Assembly (NCBI RefSeq): GCF_964194025.1
Contig: NC_134471.1
Location: 56,234,001 to 56,298,000 of the forward strand
Reading direction: 5' to 3'
Source of the DNA: Convolutriloba macropyga
Lineage: Eukaryota
DNA length: 64,000 nucleotides
Shown piece by piece: positions 40,058 to 51,874 of the stretch. The position numbers and the translations under genes were made by a program. The notes beneath the pieces were generated by a model that saw only the letters and a program-made list of their open reading frames with translations, was not told the DNA's origin and did no database searches. The stretch's first letter is position 1, and the number at the start of each line of letters is the position of its first letter.

Positions 40058-40711
40058 TTAAAGAGCACAATCTGGTACCAGTTTAAGAATAAGGTCAGCT
40101 AATGGAGCCAGCTCCTTTTTGTCGACCAAGTTAAACTCTGACACGAAATAAACAAAATGTTTGAATGATGTGTTTAGATGGGGCTCTTCTTGCAACTCGA
40201 GAACTGTTTCAAAATGATGATAGTAAATATGGGCATATACCCGAAAGAGCCTTCTCAAAATCTTTTTTGCTTCTGCTTGAAAAGTTTTAGGAAACGGAAC
40301 TCCAATTTTTGATGGAAACTTGGCTTCATTGTCGAGTTGTGCTTGAACCCACGTCATAAGGAAGTCCATATATTTTGGAGCACTGCATGCTATCGGTTTC
40401 TTATTTCGTTCATCTGACCATTGATATTCATATTTAGCACCTGCCGACATCTTCGGACACGATACATCCGTGCAGTGGTCGACTAATGTTCCGTACAGCA
40501 TATTAATTTGGTTGAAAAAATCAACGACATTGACGGCTATCCACTCATTCAGGTCCTCGCCTTCTGGTAGCATTACAGCCAACTTTAGATTTCCGGTTCC
40601 CAAAGTTTTTGCAGCATGCTCCAAAAGAACATGCTGATTGGAACCTTTCGGAATTTCTTTTCGTGGGCGAAAAGTTTTGGTGTTCTTCTTGAAAGGGAAG
40701 TTCAAATTCAT
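40058..40711 (-). CDS. MOB1: MOB kinase activator 1 (Hippo/LATS co-activator), 217 aa, intronless CDS
   Basis: KTFRP, TLGTGNL, LPEGEDLNEWIAVNVVDFFNQINMLYG, CPKMSAG, RLFRVYAHIY, EEPHLNTSFKHF. ATG at 40711; the ORF-track start is a TTG upstream of the acceptor. Confidence 0.97.
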   Translation of the reverse strand: MNLNFPFKKNTKTFRPRKEIPKGSNQHVLLEHAAKTLGTGNLKLAVMLPEGEDLNEWIAVNVVDFFNQINMLYGTLVDHCTDVSCPKMSAGAKYEYQWSDERNKKPIACSAPKYMDFLMTWVQAQLDNEAKFPSKIGVPFPKTFQAEAKKILRRLFRVYAHIYYHHFETVLELQEEPHLNTSFKHFVYFVSEFNLVDKKELAPLADLILKLVPDCAL

Positions 40712-40927
40712 CAGTCTGAAAGCAAAAGTTGTGAAACTCAATTTAGTTTAATTCATAAACATGAGTATAAAACATATAACTTTGTCACTGTCAAAAACAC
40801 TGACTGGTGCAGGGGTTCTCCCGTTTTGCATACACCTCGAGAATTTAACATAGTTAAATAACCCAGGATAAATTACGGAAACAAAAAATATGAAACCTAA
40901 CCGACGAACAAATTGCTCTCAAACGAC

Positions 40928-41700
40928 TAATAATAATAATAATAATAACAAAGGATTTAGGATAAAGTAATCCACGGGTTCGCATAAAACCCGGTTATTG
41001 AGTTGTTCAAAATTTATTAATATTTACGTAAAGATGAGTTTCTTCAAGTCTCTACAGTTATTGCAGCCACACAAGAGACGCCAAGTGCAAGGGTCTGATT
41101 CGTTGTAGCGGGATATGAAGAACCGATTTTAGAGTTCCAGGAGTTTGCTCTTGTGCTCTCGATCAAGGAGGATATCATATTTGAAATAATCATTGAACAG
41201 ATTTGCAAGGTGACAGGCTCGGTACCAAAAATCTGACTCACTCTTCTGCAACCGCATTTGCTTACAGATAAAATTTCTAGTGACTTGGGCTCTCCGGGTT
41301 CCCACCTCAGTGAGAGTGACATGGCTTTGCCAGTCTATATCAACTTTTCCCGATAACATTTTTGCAAATAATAACACGACATGAAGTTCTTGATATAGAG
41401 ACAGTGGCAAGATGTTGATTTTCTGAAGTTTTTCCTTGTATGAGAGGACGCTGTTGCTGGTTTTGAATATCCAGGCCATTGCTTTTCGCTGAACACTTTC
41501 AAGTTAAATCGCCCTTTGATGGTTTCCACAAGGCCGCGCCATAGCTGACAATTGGCACGACGTAGCAAACATATGCATTTTTCCTGGTTGCAAAATTTGC
41601 CTTGCAAAGGTTTCGTTTTAGCAGAAGGAATGCATTCAAGGCTTTTTCAGTTCTTTTCTTCGCGTGTGGTGTCCAGATTAAAGAGTCAGTAACAAAGAGG
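40928..41700 (-). mobile_element. 5'-truncated CR1-like LINE with a (TTA)n tail, abutting a family-A subTIR (40912-40927)
   Basis: LSYKEKLQKINILPLSLYQELH...PCTWRLLCGCNNC; 3' UTR stem-loop; (TAA)n on the plus strand at 40928-40948. Confidence 0.85.
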
Positions 41701-42287
41701 TGGTTTCCCTTCAGCAGCAGAGTTTAGGCCCAGGCGTCTTTTATTCATTCAGTGCGCGGTTGAATGAACGAGGGGAGTGCGTTGAGCAACGGAGAGTTCA
41801 TATCAAAAAAAAGTATTATACACATTTTCATTGATAGTTTGATGGCCTTTGTGGAATGGGGGCTCAAAGAATTGCCCTTCGCACAATGAATTTATACCTC
41901 CTCATAAGTTTGGGAGAATCGCATACTTAAGCGACTAGTAAGGCTCTCAAAGAATTGTTTTTTTTAGATAGAAAAAACTTTCACGCTTTACCAGTTAATC
42001 CCTTTCTTTGAGAAGCTCACTAAAATTGTGTCCCGACGAGAAATTGCAGAAAATACCAAGACAAATCTAATTCTGTGAATTTTTTTTGATATCAATTAAA
42101 ACCGAAAACTGCGATTCGTAAAAAGTTAGGAGACTCCCTTCCAAAGTGGAAGTAGTAACTGTAGAAAAGAGAGGGGGAAGGTTTAGATGATTCAAGTGAA
42201 ATGGAAATCACGATTATTCACGCAAGGTAATTGGCAGGTTTATAACCCTTTATACCAGGTTTTCTATAAATCTTTTTCTATATGAAG

Positions 42288-43340
42288 CAGTAGTAGTAGC
42301 AGCGAAGTCTTTAGGGATATACCATGGGTTTTCACCCTTTATGTCATTAGTGAGTAAGTTTGGAATGTTGGTTACAGTTCGTGCATTGGCAGAGTATCCT
42401 CCAGGTACATAGATTGGCTTCGTTGAACTTTTCGAAGAATTTCCAAAATTGCTGTGTTATTCGTGCTTTTCTGTTTTCTTTCGTTGTTAAGTCGATATGT
42501 TCACTCAGAATGTTGTGCAGTGTTTCGTTTCGTGTCCAGAAGTTATCGTCGGTCCTTTTGAGTCTGGTTTCGGGAATGTTGAAGCTGGAGTTGGAGCCTT
42601 GTCTTGTTCGTTCGTTGGTATTACATTATATGTAGTCTGATGTTTTTATGTCATACTTGTGACCAGTGATGGCGCAGAACAGTAGGAGACTGTGGAGTTC
42701 GAAGTACATTGAGAGTGGCAGTAATAAGTAGAGTTCTTTGAGTCTTTCTTTATAGGGAATTGTGTTATTTAGAATCCACTGTGTTGCGTTTTTCTGTATA
42801 CTTTCGATGTTTGACAACTCTGTTTTTGTGGGGTACCAGACCTCACATGCTTACGATATGACGGGTACCACGTATCCTGTGTATGCGTTTAGTTTGGCTT
42901 TAGTCGTTGACTTGAAAGAAATGTTACGCTTGAGGAACCACAATGATTTCAGAGATTTAGTTCGACGCAGATTACAGTTTTCTTTCCAGGAGAGGTCGTT
43001 CGAGATTACGACACCATTTGAACTTTAACAGGTTTGACAGCGACTTCGTTCATTTTAACCACTGATTGTTTTTTAAAGTGTATCAGACTACATTTGTCAT
43101 CATGGAGATTCATTTTGTTTGCGACACACCAATTATGTAAACTTATAAGATCACTTTCTAGGAGTTCATGAGATGTGCTTAGCAGTTTGTAGTCATCGGC
43201 ATATCCGAAGCATTCACTTTAACTTGCTACAGTGGGGAGGTCATTTATGTAGATTAAAAAGAGTAGAAGACCCAGTAGGGACCCTTGTGGGACCCCGCTA
43301 GAGACATCACGGAATTCAGATCTTGAGTTGTTTTCTATTG
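42288..43340 (-). mobile_element. 5'-truncated CR1-like LINE with a (CTA)n tail
   Basis: [57 protein letters not shown]; gtagtagtag tail at about 42290. Confidence 0.85.
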
Positions 43341-43629
43341 GAACCCTTTTAGGCCAACAAGCCTAATTGTTGTGATAAACTTATTAAACAGTTTCAGGAT
43401 ACTTTATGCTTCATTGCGTAACTTATCCTGAAACTGTTGGGCTAAATTGTCCTCAATGACTGGAAACCATTGAGACCGTTACTTTTATCGTGTGTTGTGT
43501 GTTTTTAAATTTTGTTTTTCATTGTTACAGTCGGTTTAGTGATAATATTTTTACAGTTGAATTTTTACAGCTGAGGCCTTTTGGCACGGGCATACTCATT
43601 CTTTTTTCTCCGTTTTCACTCCTTTAAAT

Positions 43630-44000
43630 GTTAGTGATGCCGAAGAAAGACAACGTTTTGAGCAACGCCGAAAACTGCTCTAAGCCACCTGGAATTCTAA
43701 ACTGGATTCAATGCAATTTTCGTAAAATTTGGTATCATTGTGGTTGCGTGAATTTAAAACTGTGACAGTGAGTAACTAGAATTTTACAAGTGTGTAAAAT
43801 ATTCCAATGTTTGGTTAATAGATCAAGCGTGTTCTAATGTGCTCACCCTTGAGAATGTGATGAAAGGCTCAAAAGCTCGGTTTGTTTTTGAAAACAGTTC
43901 GAAAAGATTCACGTGCTCCTGTGGCTAACAGCTTAGCCGAAAAAATTGAAGATATCATCAGAGACCTGAGCGTGTGTCGTCGTTGGTTGATTTTTTAGTG
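43630..44000 (+). mobile_element. 5' part of the CRE-clade retrotransposon, with a decayed PHD finger
   Basis: ENCSKPPGILNWIQCNFRKIWYHCGCV (PHD-like), then LKTVRKDSRAPVANSLAEKIEDII. It appears to resume at about 45800 after the Penelope insertion. Confidence 0.55.
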
Positions 44001-44049
44001 CCATCATGTTATTTTGGTGTCACACCAAAAAATCGGGTAAAAATAACAT

Positions 44050-45797
44050 ACAGAGAAGTAATTGTCAATTAAAAATAAATTGATTAACTAAAACGAACGT
44101 TTTTGAACATTGCCTTCATAGTCAGGTTTAAAAAATGATTGAAATCATTTAAAAAGTATAAAAACTTGTCTTTGACTCTATTTCTAAGAAATGAGTTAAA
44201 ATAACATCGAAATTTTGAAACTAATGACAGTTAAAATCACATTTACAACATTTTATTTACACCTATTACACTAAATTAAAATTGTGTTTTTATTCCGGAG
44301 TTTTTGTAAATCCCGGGTATAGTGCTTTGTATTCCAGAAAAGGGATTTTTATTTTCATTCCTATCTACCTGCTTTATTTTTACTTGTTGGGGTTGACAAA
44401 ATTAATATGCACAACAATTTTTGAAATTCAAAAGTCAATTTTTTTGCGTTTGAGTTAATATTTCGAAGTCCATTCCCGTCCCCGATACTCATCGTTCGTA
44501 TTTAATTGCGGTTTCAGATTTTTAATGTAGATCACTTCTATCGTCATTAGTTTTTCAACCCCGCGACATGCATCAAGAATCTCCCATTTTACGTTATGCG
44601 TTGTACCACAACATTCAACAAGATGTTGTCCAACAGGGGAATCCTTCTTTTGGCGCTCTGAAATTCTAGTGGTAACATGTCGGCTGGTTTGGCCAACATA
44701 GATGGAACTGCATCCATTACATGTAACTTTATATATCACATGGGATTTCAGATTCGTACCAAAAGATTATTTCAGGGTTGGCAGGCCAGTTCTTAGCTGT
44801 CTTGTTGTGAAAATAATTTGATTATCACACAATTTTTTTCAGTCTAATTGCAAAATTTTCATTAATATTTCCTCTGTATTATACAAAAAACCTAAATTTA
44901 GGCGCTTTATTGTTTAGACTTATAATTCGTTTGTGATAGTGGTCGTCTTTTTTGGGGTGGGGGGTTGCAAAGACTTTTTCCCTCGTGAATTTTTTATACA
45001 AGGTCTCGTTAACAATACTGGAGGACTACTCTGTTGGATATTGATTTTCAGTCCAAATCTCATGATTTTTCTTGAGAGCTACATCAAAGGATTGCCAGTC
45101 ACTGGTCGCATTAAAATGCTATGCACAGTCCCATGAATCACATTTTTTTTATGTTGTAACGGTGCACAGCTACGGAAATTTAGGATTATTTTCGGTATCA
45201 CTTGATTTTTGATACCAATGACAGCTGATTTTTCTATCTTCGTTTAGGTTTATGTTTACATCTAGGAATGCCAGGTCTCCACTTCCGTTTGGTGTCTCAA
45301 GCGTGAATTATAAGTTCTTGTGAAGAGAATTTGCAGACTCAAGGTAATCTAGAGGGTTCTCCTTTACCGCGCACACTATTTCATCCACATACCTCTTGAA
45401 TAATTTCAATTCCAGTGTGTCCTCTTTTCTAATTTCTGCTGCACAATAGTATGAGATCCAAACAATTTCCTGCATGTTCTTATAATCTGTGTCTGTGATA
45501 CCTTGGCATTTCGCATCAAACCAGGTTTTGCATGATTCGCACTCAATTCCTTTCCCTCGGAAAGTAAAGCGTCGGTTACAAACAATGCATACCACCTTTG
45601 TGTCAGGAGTTTTGATCTCCTTTCCCTCTTTTGGTTTCTGCAAAGATTTTTCAAAAGATTTCATCCACAAATTTGCCAAAATTACCGCCAGCGAAGCACC
45701 CATTGCTAAACCGTCCGATTGAGTGTACCGCATTTTATTGCACTTAAAGTAAACATTCGTTACGGCTAGTCTCAAAGGCTCTTCATAGCTGACCTCC
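44050..45797 (-). mobile_element. 5'-truncated Penelope-like element (RT with PHD insertion, GIY-YIG endonuclease, 3' UTR), decayed
   Basis: RT: YTQSDGLAMGASLAVILANLWM...FKRYVDEI, LAFLD, WYQKS. GIY-YIG: IYKVTCNGCSSIYVGQTSR...IEVIYIKNLKPQLN (44455-44739). Contains stops and frameshifts. Confidence 0.92.
44091..44129 (-). ncRNA. Degenerate minimal hammerhead ribozyme in the PLE 3' UTR
   Basis: aaac-CTGACTA-t-GAAG gcaat GTTC-AAAA-ACGT-TC-gttt; two core substitutions relative to CUGANGA...GAAA. Confidence 0.5.
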
Positions 45798-45799
45798 AG

Positions 45800-48700
45800 T
45801 TTAGGTAAACAACCAAAACGTTCGATGCAATAACTTGACCTGTTCGACTGGTGATACATTGGACTTCAAGGTAAAAAACAACTCGGACTTTGGAAAGCGT
45901 ATTAAACTTATCTCAGCTAAACTAGATGAAGGCAATGTAAAAAAGGGAATACGCATACCTGCTTCTGGTGATTCTTTTGCAACTTGTAACACTCAAGACC
46001 ATGAGAAATGGCTTTCCAAACATCCGAAGCTTGGTTCTACCAGTGTTTTTTCCCTTGAAAAAATAGACAGTTTTTTACCTTCGAGTACGAACTCTACAAA
46101 AACGTTTTTTTCCTAATGGGTCTGGCGCTGGCCCCAATGGTTTGTCTGCTCGAGTTTTGAATCATATTGTGTGTAAACGTAAGGGAAGCGCTGGGCTCGA
46201 GTTTTGGAAAGTATAACAAAGCTGGTGAATGTAATTGCAAATAATAATATTGTCACAGAAATAATTAGACCGTTTTTCTTTGGAGCTAAATTAATTGCAT
46301 TAGTTAAAAAAAGGTTGTGGTCTATGGTCTATTGCGATAGTTGGCGCCTAGCAAAGAGTCGTTGCAAAATGCGCCGGATCCAATGTCTTAGATGAAGAAA
46401 ATGAATGCTTTGTGAATTGAATGAAAAACCCAAGTTGGATGTGGCACTCGCAAAGGAGCGATCGTTTTTTGCGAAACATTCGTCTTATAAAACGCATGTC
46501 TTGCTTAAGTTGGATTTGAAAATTGCATTTAAGTCCCTGATTCGTGAGATTATGTTAAAACGTGTGCATGCTTTGAGACCCAGTGTGTATCGTTTCGCTT
46601 TTTCAGCCTACAGCAAAACTAGTTTCCTGATTTACGGCGAAACAATCAACTCAAGAGGGGACGCAGCATGGGAGTCCTGAAGCCCCTCTCTTTTTTGCAG
46701 AGACAATTCAAGTATTTGTGAAGGATATGCTGTCAAAATTAAATGAATGGTGCTTAGATGACGAAATTTTGGCCGATTATCAGAAAATTGTGTTGAAAGA
46801 CCTTTAGCGGGTTTTGAGCTCTGAAAAGGATCTTGGTTAGAGTCTAAATTTTGCTAAGTGTGAGCCCTGTTGTGAAATCATACTGTCAAGCAGCATAACA
46901 CAATTGTGCATTAATTTCAAAAAATGTGTCTGGGTATAAAAGTGACAGCAAAAGACCAGCCTGCTATTTTAGTTGCCCCATTGGAGATGCAGTTAAGCGC
47001 GACCTTTTGGCTATTAAATTCCAAAAACTTGACAAAATATCAAACACTATTGAAAACCTAGACGCACATTATTGTTTATATCTTCTGCAAAACTGTTTTA
47101 GCAAGCCTGTTTTTTAAGAAGAAGTACTAGTTTTGCTGAAAAAGACCTACTGAAACAGTATGATGATATTTTGAAAAAGCTTTGAGCGAATAAACAAATA
47201 TGTGTTTCACTGACACTCTGTTTACTCAAATAGTTCTTCCGTCCTCAGAGAGTGGTTTACGTGTTTCTTCTGCGCAATTACTTGCTCTTCCCGCTTTTTT
47301 AGTTTCAGAGTTACGTGCCCGTGAATCAGTGGAACAGCACTTTGGACAGTAGTTCGAAAGCAAAGAGTTCAGTGGTGGTCTCTAGGAGCGGTCTGCACGA
47401 ACAGGAACACTTGAAGCACCAAACAGCGAACATCAGAAGAATTGGTCTATGGTTATGTTTCACAAAAAACTTACCGATTTTTTGACCAAGTTAGGTGAAG
47501 ACGGAGTGAAATTGTTAAATGCCTCTCAAGGTAAATTTGCGTCACAATGTCTAAATTTAATACTTAGCAAAACCTCAATCTTAAGTTGTCAATTCAACGG
47601 TTGAGAATTTTTTTAGGACTTCACTTGGGAGCGAAAATTTGTGAGCCTCAATTCTGTGTTTGTGATAAAAAAGTGAAAGCCTCCGGTCTGCATGGGCTTT
47701 ATTGTAAAAAGAAAGCAGAGAGATTCTCACGTCACGCTAATTTGAGCCACCATTTTGAACATCTTTTAGCCTCTGATCGGTTCCCTCTGTCTTATGCTTT
47801 TGCTTTTTCAACCTACAGCAAAACTAGTTTCCTGATTTACGGCAAAACAATCCACTCATCTGAAGGAGGGACGCAGCATGGGAATCCTGAAGCCCCTCTC
47901 CTTTTTTGCAGAGACAGTACAAGTACTTGTGAAGGATATTCAGTCAAAAATTAATGATTGGTACTAAGATGACGGAATTTTAGCCGATTATTACAAAATT
48001 GGGTTGAAAGATCTTAAGCGGATTTTGAGCTATGAAAAGGATCTTGGTTAGGGTCTAAATTTTGCTAAGTGTGAGCCCTGTTGTGAAATCATACTGTCAA
48101 GCAGCATAACACAATTGTGCATTAATTTCAAAAAATGTGTCTGGGTATAAAAGTGACAGCAAAAGACCAGCCTGCTATTTTAGTTGCCCCATTGGAGATG
48201 CAGTTAAGCGCGACCTTTTGGCTATTAAATTCCAAAAACTTGACAAAATATCAAACACTATTGAAAACCTAGACGCACATTATTGTTTATATCTTCTGCA
48301 AAACTGTTTTAGCAAGCCTGTTTTTTAAGAAGAAGTACTAGTTTTGCTGAAAAAGACCTACTGAAACAGTATGATGATATTTTGAAAAAGCTTTGAGCGA
48401 ATAAACAAATATGTGTTTCACTGACACTCTGTTTACTCAAATAGTTCTTCCGTCCTCAGAGAGTGGTTTACGTGTTTCTTCTGCGCAATTACTTGCTCTT
48501 CCCGCTTTTTTAGTTTCAGAGTTACGTGCCCGTGAATCAGTGGAACAGCACTTTGGACAGTAGTTCGAAAGCAAAGAGTTCAGTGGTGGTCTCTAGGAGC
48601 GGTCTGCACGAACAGGAACACTTGAAGCACCAAACAGCGAACATCAGAAGAATTGGTCTATGGTTATGTTTCACAAAAAACTTACCGATTTTTTGACCAA

Positions 48701-50437
48701 GTTAGGTGAAGACGGAGTGAAATTGTTAAATGCCTCTCAAGGTAAATTTGCGTCACAATGTCTAAATTTAATACTTAGCAAAACCTCAATCTTAAGTTGT
48801 CAATTCAACGGTTGAGAATTTTTTTAGGACTTCACTTGGGAGCGAAAATTTGTGAGCCTCAATTCTGTGTTTGTGATAAAAAAGTGAAAGCCTCCGGTCT
48901 GCATGGGCTTTATTGTAAAAAGAAAGCAGAGAGATTCTCACGTCACGCTAATTTGAGCCACCATTTTGAACATCTTTTAGCCTCTGATCGGTTCCCTCTG
49001 TCTTATGCTTTTGCTTTTTCAACCTACAGCAAAACTAGTTTCCTGATTTACGGCAAAACAATCCACTCATCTGAAGGAGGGACGCAGCATGGGAATCCTG
49101 AAGCCCCTCTCCTTTTTTGCAGAGACAGTACAAGTACTTGTGAAGGATATTCAGTCAAAAATTAATGATTGGTACTAAGATGACGGAATTTTAGCCGATT
49201 ATTACAAAATTGGGTTGAAAGATCTTAAGCGGATTTTGAGCTATGAAAAGGATCTTGGTTAGGGTCTAAATTTTGCTAAGTGTGAGCCCTGTTGGGAAAT
49301 CATACTGTCAAGCAGCATAACAAAATTCTGCATTAATTTCAAAAAGTGTGTCCGGGTATAAAAGTGACAGCAAAAGACCAGCCTGCTATATTAGTTGCCC
49401 CATTGGAGATGAAGTTAGGTGCGACTTTTTGTCTAATAAAGTCCAAAAACTTGATAAAATATCAAACACTGTTGAAAATCTAGACGCACATTATTGTTTA
49501 TATCTTCTGCGAAATTGTTTTAGCAAAACCAAACAGTTGAATTTTTTAAGAAGAAGTACTAGTTTTGCTGAAAAAGACCTTCTGAAACAGTATGATGATA
49601 TTTTGAAAAAAGCTTTGAGCGAATAAACAAATATGTGTTTCACTGACACTCTGTTTACTCAAATAGTTCTTCCGTCCTCAGAGAGTGGTTTACGTGTTTC
49701 TTCTGCGCAATTACTTGCTCTTCCCACTTTTTTAGTTTCAGAGTTACGTGCCCGTGAATCAGTGGAACAGCACTTTGGACAGTAGTTCGAAAGCAGAGAG
49801 TTCAGTTTTGGTCTCTAGGAGTGGTCTGCACGAACAGGAACACTTGAAGCACCAAACAGCGAACATCAGAAGAATTGGTCTATGGTTATGTTTCACAAAA
49901 AACTTACCGATTTTTTGACCAAGTTAGGTGAAGACTGAGTGAAATTGTTAAATGCCTCTCAAGGTAAATTTGCGTCACAATGTCTAAATTTAATACTTAG
50001 CAAAACCTCAATCTTAAGTTGTCAAATCAACGGTTGAGAATTTTTTTAGGACTTCACTTGGGAGCAAAAATTTGTGAGCCTCAATTCTGTGTTTGTGGTA
50101 AAAGTGAAAGCCTCCGGTCTGCATGGGCTTTATTTTAAACGGGAGATTCTCACGTCACGTTAATTTGAGCCACCATTTTGAAGAACTTTTAGCCTCTGAT
50201 CGTGTTCCCTCTGTCTTATGCTTTTGCTTTTTCAACCTACAGCAAAACTAGTTTCCTGATTTACGGCAAAACAATCCACTCATCTGAAGGAGGGACGCAG
50301 CATGGGAATCCTGAAGCCCCTCTCCTTTTTTGCAGAGACAGTACAAGTACTTGTGAAGGATATTCAGTCAAAAATTAATGATTGGTACTAAGATGACGGA
50401 ATTTTAGCCGATTATTACAAAATTGGGTTGAAAGATC
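45800..50437 (+). mobile_element. Decayed CRE-clade non-LTR retrotransposon (RT + CCHC) with an internal tandem array of 1211-bp units
   Basis: RPFFFGAKLIALVKK, LLKLDLKIAF, EGGTQHGNPEAPLLF, WCLDD/WY*DDG, CVCDKKVKASGLHGLYC..RFSRH. ORFs recur at 46926, 48137, 49348 and at 47586, 48797 (period 1211). Confidence 0.82.
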
Positions 50438-50616
50438 TTTATCTTGGGTTCTCTGATCAATTAACAACCAGTCAACATGGATTTGTGAAAAAGCGATCCG
50501 TTTTGTCGAACATGCTCTGCTTCTTGAACGACGTTCAAGTTGCGTTGGAAGGAACCCAAATTCGGTGTATTCCTTATACACCGACTTCTCAAAAGCATTC
50601 GATAAGATCCCGCATG

Positions 50617-51280
50617 CTGATCGTGTTCCCTCTGTCTTAAAATCAGCTCATCTCTACAGAACCGACAACAAAAGACTTGATGGTTTGACTCTTGTACTGG
50701 CGCCCAGTCTTTTGACTGGTTGCTCGCTCCGTTGGTGATCTTGGAATTGATGCAGCGAAGCCGAGGAGAGAAAGAATAACAAGTAAAAAGGTCTTGTTGA
50801 AAATGGTTACATGTTTCACACTTTAGCGTTTGAAGTTCAAAGGTCTGCGGGATTGTCTAGAGAGGAGTTTTTAAAAGACCTATGCGAAACTTTCTCCATT
50901 TCGGTTAATGAGGCTAGAGCTGGCTGTTTTGTGAAACAGAATCCCCTTGCAATCAAAATAGCTAATGTTGCTTGTATATTGGGTACTGTTAACAACAAAA
51001 CCACATTTGAAAAGATTTTTATTTGTAATGGTTTTCTAAAAAATGTGTTTTCAGCTGATGTTCGTAGCGCAGCTGTTTTTTCGGCTTTTCGCCTGCTACT
51101 CAACTTATCTTGTTTAACGTTGAAATTCTTCTATGTTGTTGAATTCATTCTTTTGAATTGTTGAGCATGCCCGGGTTTTCCTAATGACCGGTCTTTTTGA
51201 TCGACTGGAGTGCCTGGTTCTCCTAATGATACTTTTTAGGCAGTCTGATTTAACAGTCTAAGCAGTAAAATTGCATAATT
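50617..51280 (+). mobile_element. CRE element 3' end (restriction-like endonuclease), copy 1; copy 2 at about 55239-55897
   Basis: HLYRTDNKRLDGLTLV (RPDG-like) and TLAFEVQRSAG...FLKDL...LAIKIANVACILG. Confidence 0.72.
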
Positions 51281-51874
51281 CGTTGACCTAACATCTTTGC
51301 TTTATCTACCAGTATTCAAAATGGCTTCAAAAAGTGCAACGCTGAGTGCAGTCATGAAGTCAACGAATAATGATGCATCAGTGAATGAACTGATCGAAAT
51401 CTTGTTAGATACGACCCAGAAGGACCAGCAAATATCTCAACTCGAAAAAAAAGATGCGTCAAATGACCATCAAAGTCAATGTTTTGGAGCGATACGAATC
51501 TAAAACTGCTAGAAACTCCATAACTGAGCTTCCGTTCAGGACAACATCAAAGGTTTAATGGCACTATTTTGTAGCCTTCTTTAATGTCAATAACATATGC
51601 ACATGGCGTTTTGTATATAGATGTGAAAATTGTATTCTGATCCAAACAATATTAAGGGAATTGCATTTACTACATGTGTCATGAAAGTGCACACTGGTAT
51701 GATTACTTATCGTTTCTGCAAATGAGTAGAAACACGGTATATATTACCAAACTCACATCACGATTTTCGCAAAAACAGATCAACCTTAACAGCTGCTACC
51801 CAGATCAAATCAAAGATAGAAAATGGTTTAGCTTCAGTTGGAAGGTACTATGTTGTTTTGTTGACTTTAGCAAC

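Noticed and set aside
40712-40741. ORF-track MOB1 start MSF..., resembling vertebrate MSFLF
   Set aside because: The codon is TTG and lies upstream of the acceptor; spacing to KTF fits the ATG at 40711.
51165-51240. Possible ribozyme or SL-RNA in the CRE 3' UTR (two CCTAATGA repeats)
   Set aside because: No CUGANGA/GAAA core, and no donor plus Sm-site arrangement could be built.
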